A stretch of DNA of 64,000 nt. It comes from an uncultured Candidatus Saccharibacteria bacterium (GTDB taxonomy: Bacteria; Patescibacteriota; Minisyncoccia; Phycocordibacterales; UBA918). The stretch spans positions 203,944 through 267,943 of the forward strand of contig CAYNQD010000001.1 of the NCBI GenBank assembly GCA_964399295.1. Reading direction: 5' to 3'. The position numbers and the translations under genes were made by a program. Positions 39,652-49,374 of this stretch are shown piece by piece. The notes beneath the pieces were generated by a model, which did not search any database, was not told the origin of the DNA, and saw nothing but the letters and a program-made list of their open reading frames with translations. Positions within the stretch are counted from its first letter, which is position 1; the number at the start of each line of letters is the position of its first letter.

Positions 39652-40188
39652 AGAAGTCACGGCCTAAGTTTTTAATCATACTGTCTGAAAATCTTACACC
39701 AAATAAAGGCGAGCTATCACGTTATATCCGGCTAACCATGTCAACTTAAAAAGAATTTCTAGGTAATTAAAAATTAGAATCATAAAAAACTGTCGGATTA
39801 TTTTACACGCCCCAGATTGCCTATTATTTTCTAGTTTTATCTCTTATCTTCAATAGATTATGTGCAATAACTACATTAATAGACTTAGATATTTGCCTAT
39901 AAATTGAGCAATTTTATGTTTTTAGGTGTCGAGATTCTTACACAAGCCATTTTAATAATAATTTTTAGTATTTGATTTAATTTTTTTATGCTTCCTAAAG
40001 CTAGTATTTGTGGGTTTTTGGTGAGATGTATTTAACACTCTCTTAAGAGTTGGTATAAAAATTGCTTGAAAATAATTGTATGTGGGTGGGGATTTATTCT
40101 GGCGCAGGTGTTCTTTGCAGAAAAATTGTTATGCAGGGTTACGTGATTTACACAAGCATTGGGTGTGGTATTGTATAAACAATAGGTT

Positions 40189-40806
40189 ATGAGAAAATCT
40201 CTAAAGATCATTTTGGTGGGTGTATTTGTATTAGTTACTATATTAATGATATCAGAAAACATTAACAGCAAGAATTCAACCCCTTTGAGCCTGAACCAGC
40301 AGAACATTTCCGATGATACTAACAAAAAGAATGAATTTCTTTTGTTACATAAAACACTTGATGAACTTTCGGAAACTTGGCCGGAAAGCAAAATACGACC
40401 ATATCGAAAGGCCGTTGAGAAATTTCCAAACGTAGACAGCTGTTTACTTGAAAGAGACGTGAATTCTGTTAACTGGTCAATAATCAAGACAACAACTGAA
40501 TTAGAAGTATGCTTATCTCGCATACATAATCATCTCGGGGATGTATCTAAATCTGAGGAATGGTTTAAGCAACAAGGTTTTAGTGTGAATGTTAGAAGTA
40601 ATCCCGATTACCCCGAGCGTCTTCATAGCGTAGGTGGTATCTGGTTAATTCCATCATCTGGTCCGCTAAAGAATCGAAAGTCACCCCTGTCCGGAATACA
40701 CGCACGATTTACGGAGTTATTTTTAAACTCAGGAATTAGTGTTGGAATATATATTAGTCAAGAAAACGTAGTTACTCATGTGACGGTCGAGTATTTAGTG
40801 AAGTAA
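40189..40806 (+). CDS. Secreted or membrane-anchored hypothetical protein (cassette gene 1)
   Basis: Signal-peptide-like MRKSLKIILVGVFVLVTILMI; AT-rich; no known domain. Confidence 0.5.
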   Translation: MRKSLKIILVGVFVLVTILMISENINSKNSTPLSLNQQNISDDTNKKNEFLLLHKTLDELSETWPESKIRPYRKAVEKFPNVDSCLLERDVNSVNWSIIKTTTELEVCLSRIHNHLGDVSKSEEWFKQQGFSVNVRSNPDYPERLHSVGGIWLIPSSGPLKNRKSPLSGIHARFTELFLNSGISVGIYISQENVVTHVTVEYLVK

Positions 40807-40830
40807 TCAAATAAATAAAGGGGAATTGAA

Positions 40831-41199
40831 ATGCCTGCTATAAGGATAGCTGCAAATTACATTGCTGGTTCATCTATTTTAACTGGTGATCTTGATCGCT
40901 CCGGTCATTTGCAAATTGTTTACGATGATGATGATCCGAATACACCTCTGATAGAAGCAGAGGTGCAAGCACCTATTGTGTTAGGCCCCCTCGTATTAGT
41001 GGGTGACTGGGTTTTCCCGAGGTTTGGTCAACTTCATGGTAAACCCACCGACTATATAGCTGACGATGACACGATAGAAAATACTGATCGCTATGCAATA
41101 ACCACCGTTAACTTACGGCCTTATCAAACAAATGTTGCCTATAAATTGAGCAAATGCGTGTCGATATTTCTTACAGCAGTCATACAAAAACCATTTTAA
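40831..41199 (+). CDS. Hypothetical protein (cassette gene 2)
   Basis: 122-aa ORF 24 bp downstream of gene 1. Confidence 0.4.
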   Translation: MPAIRIAANYIAGSSILTGDLDRSGHLQIVYDDDDPNTPLIEAEVQAPIVLGPLVLVGDWVFPRFGQLHGKPTDYIADDDTIENTDRYAITTVNLRPYQTNVAYKLSKCVSIFLTAVIQKPF

Positions 41200-41462
41200 T
41201 AACAACGAATTACTAGCTATCTTGTTTTTTATTACTGTGCAAGTAACTGTTTATAAGTGATGATGGGATATCCTAAATATTTTTTTGAACAATTGGCATG
41301 AAAATTGCATGGCAATTTGTATGTTGGTACAGGTTGGCTATGGGGCAAATTTTTTCTGTGATTTTTTGGTGTGAGTGCTCTTGCAAAAAAATGTTATTGA
41401 GAGTCACGTAGTTTACACTAACATAATACATGTTATTGTTTATTTACAATAATTAATAATTT

Positions 41463-42494
41463 ATGAAAAGATATTTGAAGATCATACTACTAATTATATT
41501 TGGATTAAGTGCTGTATTAATAATGATGCAAAGTGTGAAAAGTCAGGAATCATTCAAGAAGATTGAGGGCACCGAGATCTTCCGTCAGACGATTATTGGC
41601 TCAAATGCAGGCAGGGATCACGTTGCACACCTATATAATAACCGCCTTTTTATTCTACCCCTGGGAACACCGGTATATCCAGAAGTGATCACAGCGATCA
41701 AGCGTATTGGCAGTAGCTGGACGCGGGACGATATGAAGATTATGCTCCCAAAGAAGGCCAAATTTGTATGCGCTAAGGGAACATACGCTTTTTTCACACA
41801 ACAGGACAATGTTCTACAAATTGATTTAGACAGTGGCGGTGCATTGAATAATCTGGGCTCAGGACTTGCCATTTCGGCGGATTGTAACGCATTAGAAATC
41901 CCGCTACGGTTAGGGGTGCTTTGTGAGAAAGACTCGCCAGTTTTTCAAAAACTCCTCTCCAGCCGAGACGGTTGGCTAGTTGGCTGTCCTTTAGCCAACG
42001 GAGACGGCATCGCCATTCAGTCTATCCGTCCTGATGGTAAGACTGTTAGCTTCGGCACAGTCGCAAAAGGGCGTGGTAGTGCAAGACAGTGGACTGTGGA
42101 TTATTTACCTTGGTCTGATGCTTATCTTATACACGTGAGCTACCCAGGTGCAGAATTTTTCGGACTCATTGACTCTAAGGGCTGGCGCATGCCGTTCCAG
42201 ATGCTGCCAAAAGGCCCATGGTTTGAGACTAGTTTAGGGTTTGGTGCTGGACGCGCTTCTCTCAAGATTCTGCACCCTTCTGATCCACTCGTAATTCACG
42301 CTACCACAGGACAACTCTTTTTCGCACACAATGAAGCTGTTTCTTTACTCAAAACATCAGTACCTCAAGTGCGTATTTCACAAGATGGTTGTTATGCTTT
42401 GATTGTGACTGACATTCGCAGCAAAACCCTTAATTCCGACGGACTCCCTTTTGCAACTCAAACTGTTAACGAGGTTCCTCTTTGTGTATTTTAA
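41463..42494 (+). CDS. Secreted hypothetical protein (cassette gene 3), with a signal peptide paralogous to gene 1
   Basis: MKRYLKIILLIIFGLSAVLIMM closely matches MRKSLKIILVGVFVLVTILMI; the mature domains are unrelated. Confidence 0.5.
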   Translation: MKRYLKIILLIIFGLSAVLIMMQSVKSQESFKKIEGTEIFRQTIIGSNAGRDHVAHLYNNRLFILPLGTPVYPEVITAIKRIGSSWTRDDMKIMLPKKAKFVCAKGTYAFFTQQDNVLQIDLDSGGALNNLGSGLAISADCNALEIPLRLGVLCEKDSPVFQKLLSSRDGWLVGCPLANGDGIAIQSIRPDGKTVSFGTVAKGRGSARQWTVDYLPWSDAYLIHVSYPGAEFFGLIDSKGWRMPFQMLPKGPWFETSLGFGAGRASLKILHPSDPLVIHATTGQLFFAHNEAVSLLKTSVPQVRISQDGCYALIVTDIRSKTLNSDGLPFATQTVNEVPLCVF

Positions 42495-42660
42495 AGTTTG
42501 ACGGTGCTTGTAACAAAGCCATGTACTGACTGCCACCTTATAAGTTTATTATCAATTGATTTTAAAGGAGTTTTATTGAGTTTTTATACATTTAATAATT
42601 ATCTAAGATTGTGCATCTTAACTAAGAATAATCAAATTTTAACTGTAAATAGGAGGTATT

Positions 42661-43071
42661 ATGTCACTTACGGGACTCGCCTTTAATAATAGTTTTGCTG
42701 GAACAAAATTCTTCCACCCAGGTTTAAGTAGTGTTGGAGTGTTGGAAGCCATCAATCTATCCGGTGCTGCCTATGAAACAACAGAGGGCGGTCTTTCAAC
42801 TTTTGACCTTGGTGCATGGAAACCAATCACGGCCAGTTTAACAGCGGTTGAATATGGGTTAGATTCGACGTTATTGGTGGCAGAGCTTGGCGCATCGTTT
42901 CTATGTGCTACGCTTGACATCAATACTTACCCGAGACCAGATCATGCTTCATACATTGCCAGCTGGCTTCAGGTACTGAAGGAACACAAAACGGCGATCT
43001 TTGCGGCGGCTGGTGCAGCTTCCAAAGCCAGCCTGTTCTTGGAGGCATTAGTGGAGACTAATAGAAGTTAA
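42661..43071 (+). pseudogene. Chimeric ORF: a novel 70-aa N-terminus fused to a duplicated ArdC C-terminal 65 aa
   Basis: C-terminus LVAELGASFLCATLDINTYPRPDHASYIASWLQVLKEHKTAIFAAAGAASKASLFLE is nearly identical to the ArdC end. Confidence 0.6.
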
Positions 43072-43120
43072 AGTAGTTCTTTTTTTAACCCGACCTTGGT
43101 GGTCGGGTTTTTCTTTGTAT
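42874..43120 (+). repeat. Direct repeat copy 2 (ardC 3′ end plus terminator)
   Basis: See copy 1. Confidence 0.8.
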
Positions 43121-43256
43121 GATAGATAAAACATATTTTAAATCCAATGTATTACTGATGGTTTGGGTTGTTTTGTTAGTTTTGTATGTGTTGGGAAAAT
43201 TTACATGTACAAAATAACTCTTAGATTTTATTTTACTTTTTTATTATCACTCAACT

Positions 43257-43958
43257 TTAGACATCCAGCCCCCAGCCTTGCGTCACCCGAACGATGGCAC
43301 AACTGGGAGTGAAACGAACGAAATTCATGCCGTTTGCTGCTGATAGTGCTGCTACATCCGTAATCTTGGGTCCCCGCGCTGTTTGGGGAAGGTGAATATT
43401 GAGGACTTCCGGTTGAAACTGTCTCTGAAAGAAAGTCCGGTAAATTCCATTCGTAGCCACTGCGCCACCAGACCGCCGGTCAGTGGTTCTTTGCCGCGCC
43501 ATGGCGCCACGGCATCGATAGAGAAAGATTCTTCCGCAACCAGACTCAATAACTGAACCAGTGTCCACGCCGCCGAGCGAATCTGCATCCATATAACTCC
43601 AGCACAGTGCGTTTCTGCTGCCACAAGTTGTTCACACCCCACCAGCGCCGCTTCAGGTTGTAAAACAAGGGCTCGATGCCCCATCGTCGTGCGTATAGGA
43701 AAAGTATTTCTTCTGCATTTAATTCCGTTTCGGTTGCCAATAGCAGGCGCGCCTTTGACCAACGCTGTTTGTCCGCATCTTAGAATTCGCACCATAATCG
43801 CGCGCACCGGTGTCCCTTTGAGAAAGCGTGCCATTGCAACCGTCGTGCACAGGCAAAGTCGGACAGTTTGAGCGTAGGACATAGAGCACCAAATGAGGAA
43901 TAAAAATTCCTTCATTGGCCGCGCAAACCTTGCCTTCTGTCAAGTGATTTTTGCTCAT
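43257..43958 (-). pseudogene. Degraded IS4/IS701-like DDE transposase (frameshifted fragments), GC-rich
   Basis: Three overlapping minus-strand ORF pieces; ILFLYARRWGIEPLFYNLKR matches the C-terminal YxxRWxIE transposase motif. Confidence 0.55.
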
Positions 43959-44388
43959 TTTCTGAATGTTTTTTCGCCTCGTATCGCTACTTTGCTTTTG
44001 CCTTAATGGTCGATTCTTTGATGCTGAATGTCTAAACTTGAGTTATTATCAATTTTGTGAACCAACTTCACAGAAATAAAGTATGTAATTTGGGTGGTAA
44101 ATTGCACAATTATTGTGCGGGAAAGTGTCGATCTTTTTTACACCTACTCATTTTAAAGCGTTGTTTTTGTAGTGTGCTGAATTTAGAAAGCTGGGAAATT
44201 AGCTGTATTATTTGCTTTATTGGAAGAAGCTAAATTATTTATAGTATTGGCGTGGATTTTGCTTTGTCTTTGTCTATTGTACATAGGTGCAGGTTGATAG
44301 CGGTCTAATTTTAGGCTATGTCTGCATTAAACGTTGAAACCACTTTTTTGTCCAATAGACTGGAACATTAAGACTGGAGAGCATAGTC

Positions 44389-45360
44389 ATGAAAGTCTCT
44401 GATTTTCTGGAGTGGTTTGAAAAAATATCGCACCTTAGTCGTGGTCAAAAAGAACAGGTCAGGCATTGCTTAAGCGAGGTGAAGCCGCAAGCTGCGGTCG
44501 TGAAATATCTTGAGGATTCTTTTGAAGCGAATTGTCCGGTCTGCCAGGCAGATCGCTTTTATCGTTGGGGACACCAAGCGGGGTTGCAACGTTTTCGCTG
44601 TTGCGCATGCAAGCACACATTCACGGCTATTTCGGGAACCCCTTTGGCTCGTCTGCGGCATAAGGAACAGTGGTTGAATTACAGCGCGGCGTTGATTGAA
44701 GGCTTGACCGTGCGAGCGAGCGCCAAGCAATGCGGAATAGACAAAAATACCAGTTCTCGCTGGCGCCATCGGTTCCTGACTTTGCCGGCGGCGACTAAAG
44801 CCAACCACTTGCATGGGATCATCGAGGCGGATAAGACCTTTTTTCCTTCTTCCTGCAAAGGCCAACGCCATCTGAATCGTCCACCGCGTAAACGCGGCAA
44901 GCAAATCCATGCACGTGGCACAGGCAAAGACCAGGTGCCGGTGTTGGTAGTACGCGACCGCTCTGGTGCAACAGCGGATTTCATATTGAATGCGCTTGAT
45001 AAAAAGACAATTGAGCCTCCTTTGCGGGCTATTCTGGCGAAGGATGCCATTTTCTGTAGTGATGGCGCTGCCGTCTACCGGTCTGTGGCTCATAGCCTCG
45101 GAATTACCCATCGCCCCGTCAATCTCTCTGCTGGGATTCGAGTCATTGCTGGCGTTTACCATATCCAGAATGTTAATGCCTACGACAGCCGACTTAAACA
45201 ATGGATGAAAAGATTTCATGGGGTCGCGACCAAATACTTGGCAAATTATCTGGGCTGGCGTAGATGGTTGGAACGTTGGGGCGAGCACAACTCGCCAATC
45301 GTTGCGCTCCAGGTCGCTCTCGGGAGAGAAAATCAGTTTCAACTATTAACGCAGATATAG
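44389..45360 (+). CDS. IS1595-family transposase (N-terminal zinc-ribbon plus DDE_Tnp_IS1595)
   Basis: CPVCQ…C.C zinc ribbon, ~320-aa length, DDE-domain layout; GC ~52%. Confidence 0.7.
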   Translation: MKVSDFLEWFEKISHLSRGQKEQVRHCLSEVKPQAAVVKYLEDSFEANCPVCQADRFYRWGHQAGLQRFRCCACKHTFTAISGTPLARLRHKEQWLNYSAALIEGLTVRASAKQCGIDKNTSSRWRHRFLTLPAATKANHLHGIIEADKTFFPSSCKGQRHLNRPPRKRGKQIHARGTGKDQVPVLVVRDRSGATADFILNALDKKTIEPPLRAILAKDAIFCSDGAAVYRSVAHSLGITHRPVNLSAGIRVIAGVYHIQNVNAYDSRLKQWMKRFHGVATKYLANYLGWRRWLERWGEHNSPIVALQVALGRENQFQLLTQI

Positions 45361-45480
45361 CCACAGTCTTGTCTTCGCAAACATTGATGTGGCGAATTGT
45401 TATAAAGAGGTGTTCGATTTACATTGCTTGAGTATTTGTTATTGTCAAATATAAAGAGTGATGTTAGGCTAACATGCTAT

Positions 45481-45897
45481 ATGCTATTAAAAAATTTATC
45501 AATTAAAAAGAAATTATTACTAGTAGCCACCATCACTTTATTAGCCCTTTCAGCTTTAGTTGCTAATGTTTTAATACCGTACAATATCAGTGAATGTGAA
45601 CTGGCGCAGTTGGTGTTTATCCAGTACGCAGGAAATAACGATGGTCACGAAAGTGTTGAAGATCTAATCGACGATGGAATCATCTACTATGGTACTAGGG
45701 GTCCTCACGGAATCTTTGACTTTAGTAAGACTTACAGACTAGGTATCGTAGAGCGTTGGAGAGGTAAGGCAAAGGGGAAATACCTTGAATATGACCTCAC
45801 TAGAACAGGTAACATGACTGGTTTTAGAAAAATGACAGTATCCCTTGAAGAAATAGAACACGGAAAAAGAGAGCTAAAAAAAATTGTTTGCCCCTAG
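45481..45897 (+). CDS. Small TM-anchored protein co-transcribed with the giant RTX gene. The ORF track starts at TTG 45424
   Basis: MLLKNLSIKKKLLLVATITLLALSALVANVL N-terminal helix; stop is 9 nt before the SD of the next gene. Confidence 0.45.
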   Translation: MLLKNLSIKKKLLLVATITLLALSALVANVLIPYNISECELAQLVFIQYAGNNDGHESVEDLIDDGIIYYGTRGPHGIFDFSKTYRLGIVERWRGKAKGKYLEYDLTRTGNMTGFRKMTVSLEEIEHGKRELKKIVCP

Positions 45898-45906
45898 GAG
45901 GAATAG

Positions 45907-48900
45907 ATGGTTACTAGAATCACTTCAGGTAGTTTAAATGTTTCTGAATTTACTCCAGAAACAATCGTTAGTTTATATTTGTATGGCACGAAGACACCCC
46001 CGCAAAATCTATATGACCGAATAAAACCAGAGAGTTTCTTAAGCAACTTAACTACTCTTAAAGACGAACAAGGTAATTTTGTTGCCAATGTTGTAAATAT
46101 GGCCGTTGACGGACAAGCGTATTTGGACAACGGAGCGGGACGGTTTGCTACACCTGCCGAGTTTGAATTAGTCAAAATATTCTTTGAGGGGTTTAATAAC
46201 TTCTTTTTTAACTTAGATCCTGGCTCGTATACCTATGACCAACTAAACGACAAGGTAACATTTTTTACTCAACTCACTGGTGGTCATGATAATCGTCTCG
46301 TCATTGAGCAGTTAGGTAGAAATGACGGCAAAGATAATGGTGTAGATAGGCCTTTTATTTTTAATAATACAAGTTTTACTCTCCAAACAAATCAAAATGC
46401 AGCTCAGGAATTAAGATTTGTTGTTACCCCAGCAGGCGAAAGATATATAGAAAACGTTGCTATTCGCACTTTTGATGATAATTTTGATTTTGTAGGGGGA
46501 AGTTTTGCTTCAGTTATATTTAACGCGGCAGAAGCAGGAAAATATGATCCTTACAGAATTGGACATCGGGTAGAATTTGATTACAACAACAATAATTTAA
46601 CAGTTGACCCTAAATACACACTTAACGATTATAACCAGCATCTTCAATTTATCGCGGATACTTCGAAGCAAGTGGCAACTAATAGTGATAGTGATAAACT
46701 TAGAGAAAGGCTTGAAGCAAAAGAAATTTTGTTATACGAAAAATCAGGGTATAGCATTGTTTATGGTACGTATGAATCTCAACAACTACATGCTGTTACA
46801 GAATTACTCTCACTATTTAGTAAACCAAGTCTTATCCTTGCCGGAGAAGGTGCTGATAAAGTTACCGGAGGATCGAAGAGTGATCGTCTTTATGGACATG
46901 AAGGTAACGATGATCTTTTTGGTCTTGATGAAGCTGACTATCTTTTTGGTGGTTCAGGTGACGATGAACTTGATGGCGGTCCAGGCAATGATTATCTTTT
47001 TGGTGACGTTTCGTCAGAAAATTTTCTAGGTGCAGAAGAAGTTAAATTTACTTCCGGTAACGACACTCTTGATGGTGGCGCTGGCAATGATATTCTTGAT
47101 GGCGGTCCAGGCAATGATACTTACAAATTCACCAATGGATTATTCGGCGGATCATACGGTAATGACACCATCATAGGTGGCTCTGGAAATGTTGATCGTA
47201 ATGACGTAATTGAAATAAACGGTACAATTTTCTCTGGCAATCCCACTAAAACTCAAAATAACAATGAATACAGCCTAAATAGCAAGACTATTCAGGTGCT
47301 TAGTGGAGATGTTACAACTGAGGCCACCATTAAAATTATTGATGGTTCCAATTCTATTGAAGTTCGAGGCTTTACTACTGGTGATTATGGTATTAATTTC
47401 CTAGATACAACAACTTTACGTCCAGAACGTGATTTCTACACTGGAACAACGAGTAACGGTCTTCTGTTTCTCAATTGGTTTCGTGAGGGGGATCTTTCAT
47501 ACTCGATTGATGTTTTAAACGATGGGACGGTGTTGCGACCTGCCGGTGCTGGCTTCCAAGATGCCGTTCTGACGATTCCTGCAAACTTGAATTTTGTTCA
47601 ATCAGGTGGTGTTGATTTAAGAGGGCTTCGGGGTTCACAGGAAGACGTCCTTGTTGAGGTTAAGTATTCAGTCAGTCCAGCGAATAGTCCTATCGTCGAC
47701 CTGGTAACCTTTACAACGGACACTGTCAGATACTTATTTATCGGAGACGGTGTCGATAATCGCGGCGGGCAAGCTTTTGGTGATCCACACTTAATCACAT
47801 TCGATAACGTTAGCTATGACTTTCAAGCAGCTGGTGATTTTATCCTTACTCGTGCCACAAGCGGGCCTGATTATGAAGTACAAGCCCGGTTTTCAGCTTT
47901 TTCATCAGCAGTATCGGTAACTACCGCTATGGCCACCAAGGTCGATGGAATAGCTGTATCGATACAAATCGATGGTGATACAGGTGATTTGTTGATTGAT
48001 GGCAGTAGTGTGAATATCGCTAATGGTGGTTCAGTAGCTGTTGGTGGAGGCTCCATTAGTCGAAACGGTAGAAAAATTGAAATTGATCATGGTAATGGCG
48101 ATAAAACCTCAGTGGATGTTTTTAGCAGTTTCATGAATGTCACTCCGTCACCTTCTCTTGCGAGAATTCCAGGCTCGTTGGAAGGACTGCTTGGCGATGC
48201 TGACGGCAATCCTGGTGATGATTTTCAATTAGCAGATGGCACTGTACTTCCCACACCGTTACCAATCAATACTCTCTATGGTAGTTATGCTGCTAGTTGG
48301 CTGGTAGCCGATAGCGAATCTATCCTTCCTGGTGCTCGTGAGTTGTTTGATGCACCTGATAGAATCATCACTATAGATAGCTTGCCACAATCTTTGCGAC
48401 AAGCCGCTGAGGCCGCTGTTGCCGCAGCTGGAATTACTAATCCGATTTTGCGTGAGGCTGCAATTTTAGACTTTGCCTTAACTGGGAATATAGAATTTAT
48501 TGAAGCAGCCAAGCTTACAAACGACATTTTTGATCCGATTATCGATACAGTAGCTGTTGATCCGATCAATAATCCGGTAGTGATTCTAACGACTAACCAG
48601 ATTGAACTTGATGAAGCAAACCCTGCCCACCAGACCGCTACACTCACCGTCTCACGTGGTTCAACTACAGGTGATTTAACAATTAACTATAATGTCATTG
48701 GAGTCGGTGCTTATCCTGCCAATACAGATGATTTTTCAGGAAATACTTCCGGTACAGTGGTCATTAATGATGGTGAGGACACTGCAACATTTACCGTTGG
48801 AATAGTTGATGATCTATTAGATGAAGAATCAGAACAATTTGATGTAGCTATTGCGTTAGATGGTACTCAAGCTTCTGCCTATGAGTTATTAGTATCTTCT

Positions 48901-49296
48901 GTGCGTATGACTATTTTGGATGATGACGATGGGCCGGTCTTAAACGAAGTAATTGGAACAACCTCCAGTGATTATCTTGTTGGTACAGGTAATGCAGATA
49001 TTATTCACAGTCTGGGTGGTAGTTATGACAGATCATTTGGTGGACTCGGGGCCGATATTTTTGCCTTTGGCTCTGAAGCCTTGAATGGTATTCGCGAACG
49101 CGATGTCATTATGGACTATGAAGTTGGTGTTGATGCTATTTTGCTTGAAGACGGTGCTTCAGTTGGTTCTATTCGTCAGACCTCAACCGGTGCAGTGATT
49201 TTCCTCGAAGGTGATCTTGATGCGATTTATGTACAAGGCGAAGGTGTTCTGCCTGGTAATCTCACATTCTTGCCTGAAAGTCTGTTATTAGCCTGA
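45907..49296 (+). CDS. Giant (1129-aa) RTX-type calcium-binding repeat protein with VWD and Calx-beta-like domains (putative T1SS-secreted adhesin)
   Basis: Strong SD aggagg; nonapeptide repeats GGSGDDELDGGPGNDYLFG and GGAGNDILDGGPGNDTY; GDPHLITFDNVSYDFQAAGDF VWD hallmark; DDFSGNTSGTVVINDGEDTATFTVGIVDD Calx-beta-like; no N-terminal signal peptide. Confidence 0.7.
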   Translation: MVTRITSGSLNVSEFTPETIVSLYLYGTKTPPQNLYDRIKPESFLSNLTTLKDEQGNFVANVVNMAVDGQAYLDNGAGRFATPAEFELVKIFFEGFNNFFFNLDPGSYTYDQLNDKVTFFTQLTGGHDNRLVIEQLGRNDGKDNGVDRPFIFNNTSFTLQTNQNAAQELRFVVTPAGERYIENVAIRTFDDNFDFVGGSFASVIFNAAEAGKYDPYRIGHRVEFDYNNNNLTVDPKYTLNDYNQHLQFIADTSKQVATNSDSDKLRERLEAKEILLYEKSGYSIVYGTYESQQLHAVTELLSLFSKPSLILAGEGADKVTGGSKSDRLYGHEGNDDLFGLDEADYLFGGSGDDELDGGPGNDYLFGDVSSENFLGAEEVKFTSGNDTLDGGAGNDILDGGPGNDTYKFTNGLFGGSYGNDTIIGGSGNVDRNDVIEINGTIFSGNPTKTQNNNEYSLNSKTIQVLSGDVTTEATIKIIDGSNSIEVRGFTTGDYGINFLDTTTLRPERDFYTGTTSNGLLFLNWFREGDLSYSIDVLNDGTVLRPAGAGFQDAVLTIPANLNFVQSGGVDLRGLRGSQEDVLVEVKYSVSPANSPIVDLVTFTTDTVRYLFIGDGVDNRGGQAFGDPHLITFDNVSYDFQAAGDFILTRATSGPDYEVQARFSAFSSAVSVTTAMATKVDGIAVSIQIDGDTGDLLIDGSSVNIANGGSVAVGGGSISRNGRKIEIDHGNGDKTSVDVFSSFMNVTPSPSLARIPGSLEGLLGDADGNPGDDFQLADGTVLPTPLPINTLYGSYAASWLVADSESILPGARELFDAPDRIITIDSLPQSLRQAAEAAVAAAGITNPILREAAILDFALTGNIEFIEAAKLTNDIFDPIIDTVAVDPINNPVVILTTNQIELDEANPAHQTATLTVSRGSTTGDLTINYNVIGVGAYPANTDDFSGNTSGTVVINDGEDTATFTVGIVDDLLDEESEQFDVAIALDGTQASAYELLVSSVRMTILDDDDGPVLNEVIGTTSSDYLVGTGNADIIHSLGGSYDRSFGGLGADIFAFGSEALNGIRERDVIMDYEVGVDAILLEDGASVGSIRQTSTGAVIFLEGDLDAIYVQGEGVLPGNLTFLPESLLLA

Positions 49297-49374
49297 TTTT
49301 AATTAACTACCCAATATATCTGATACAACCTATTTTTTGCCGTGGCAAAATTAACGCTATAAGGAATTCCAATA

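Noticed and set aside
44470-45342. 290-aa minus-strand ORF antisense to the IS1595 transposase
   Set aside because: It is a complete antisense overlap of a well-supported transposase in GC-rich DNA, where long spurious antisense ORFs are common.
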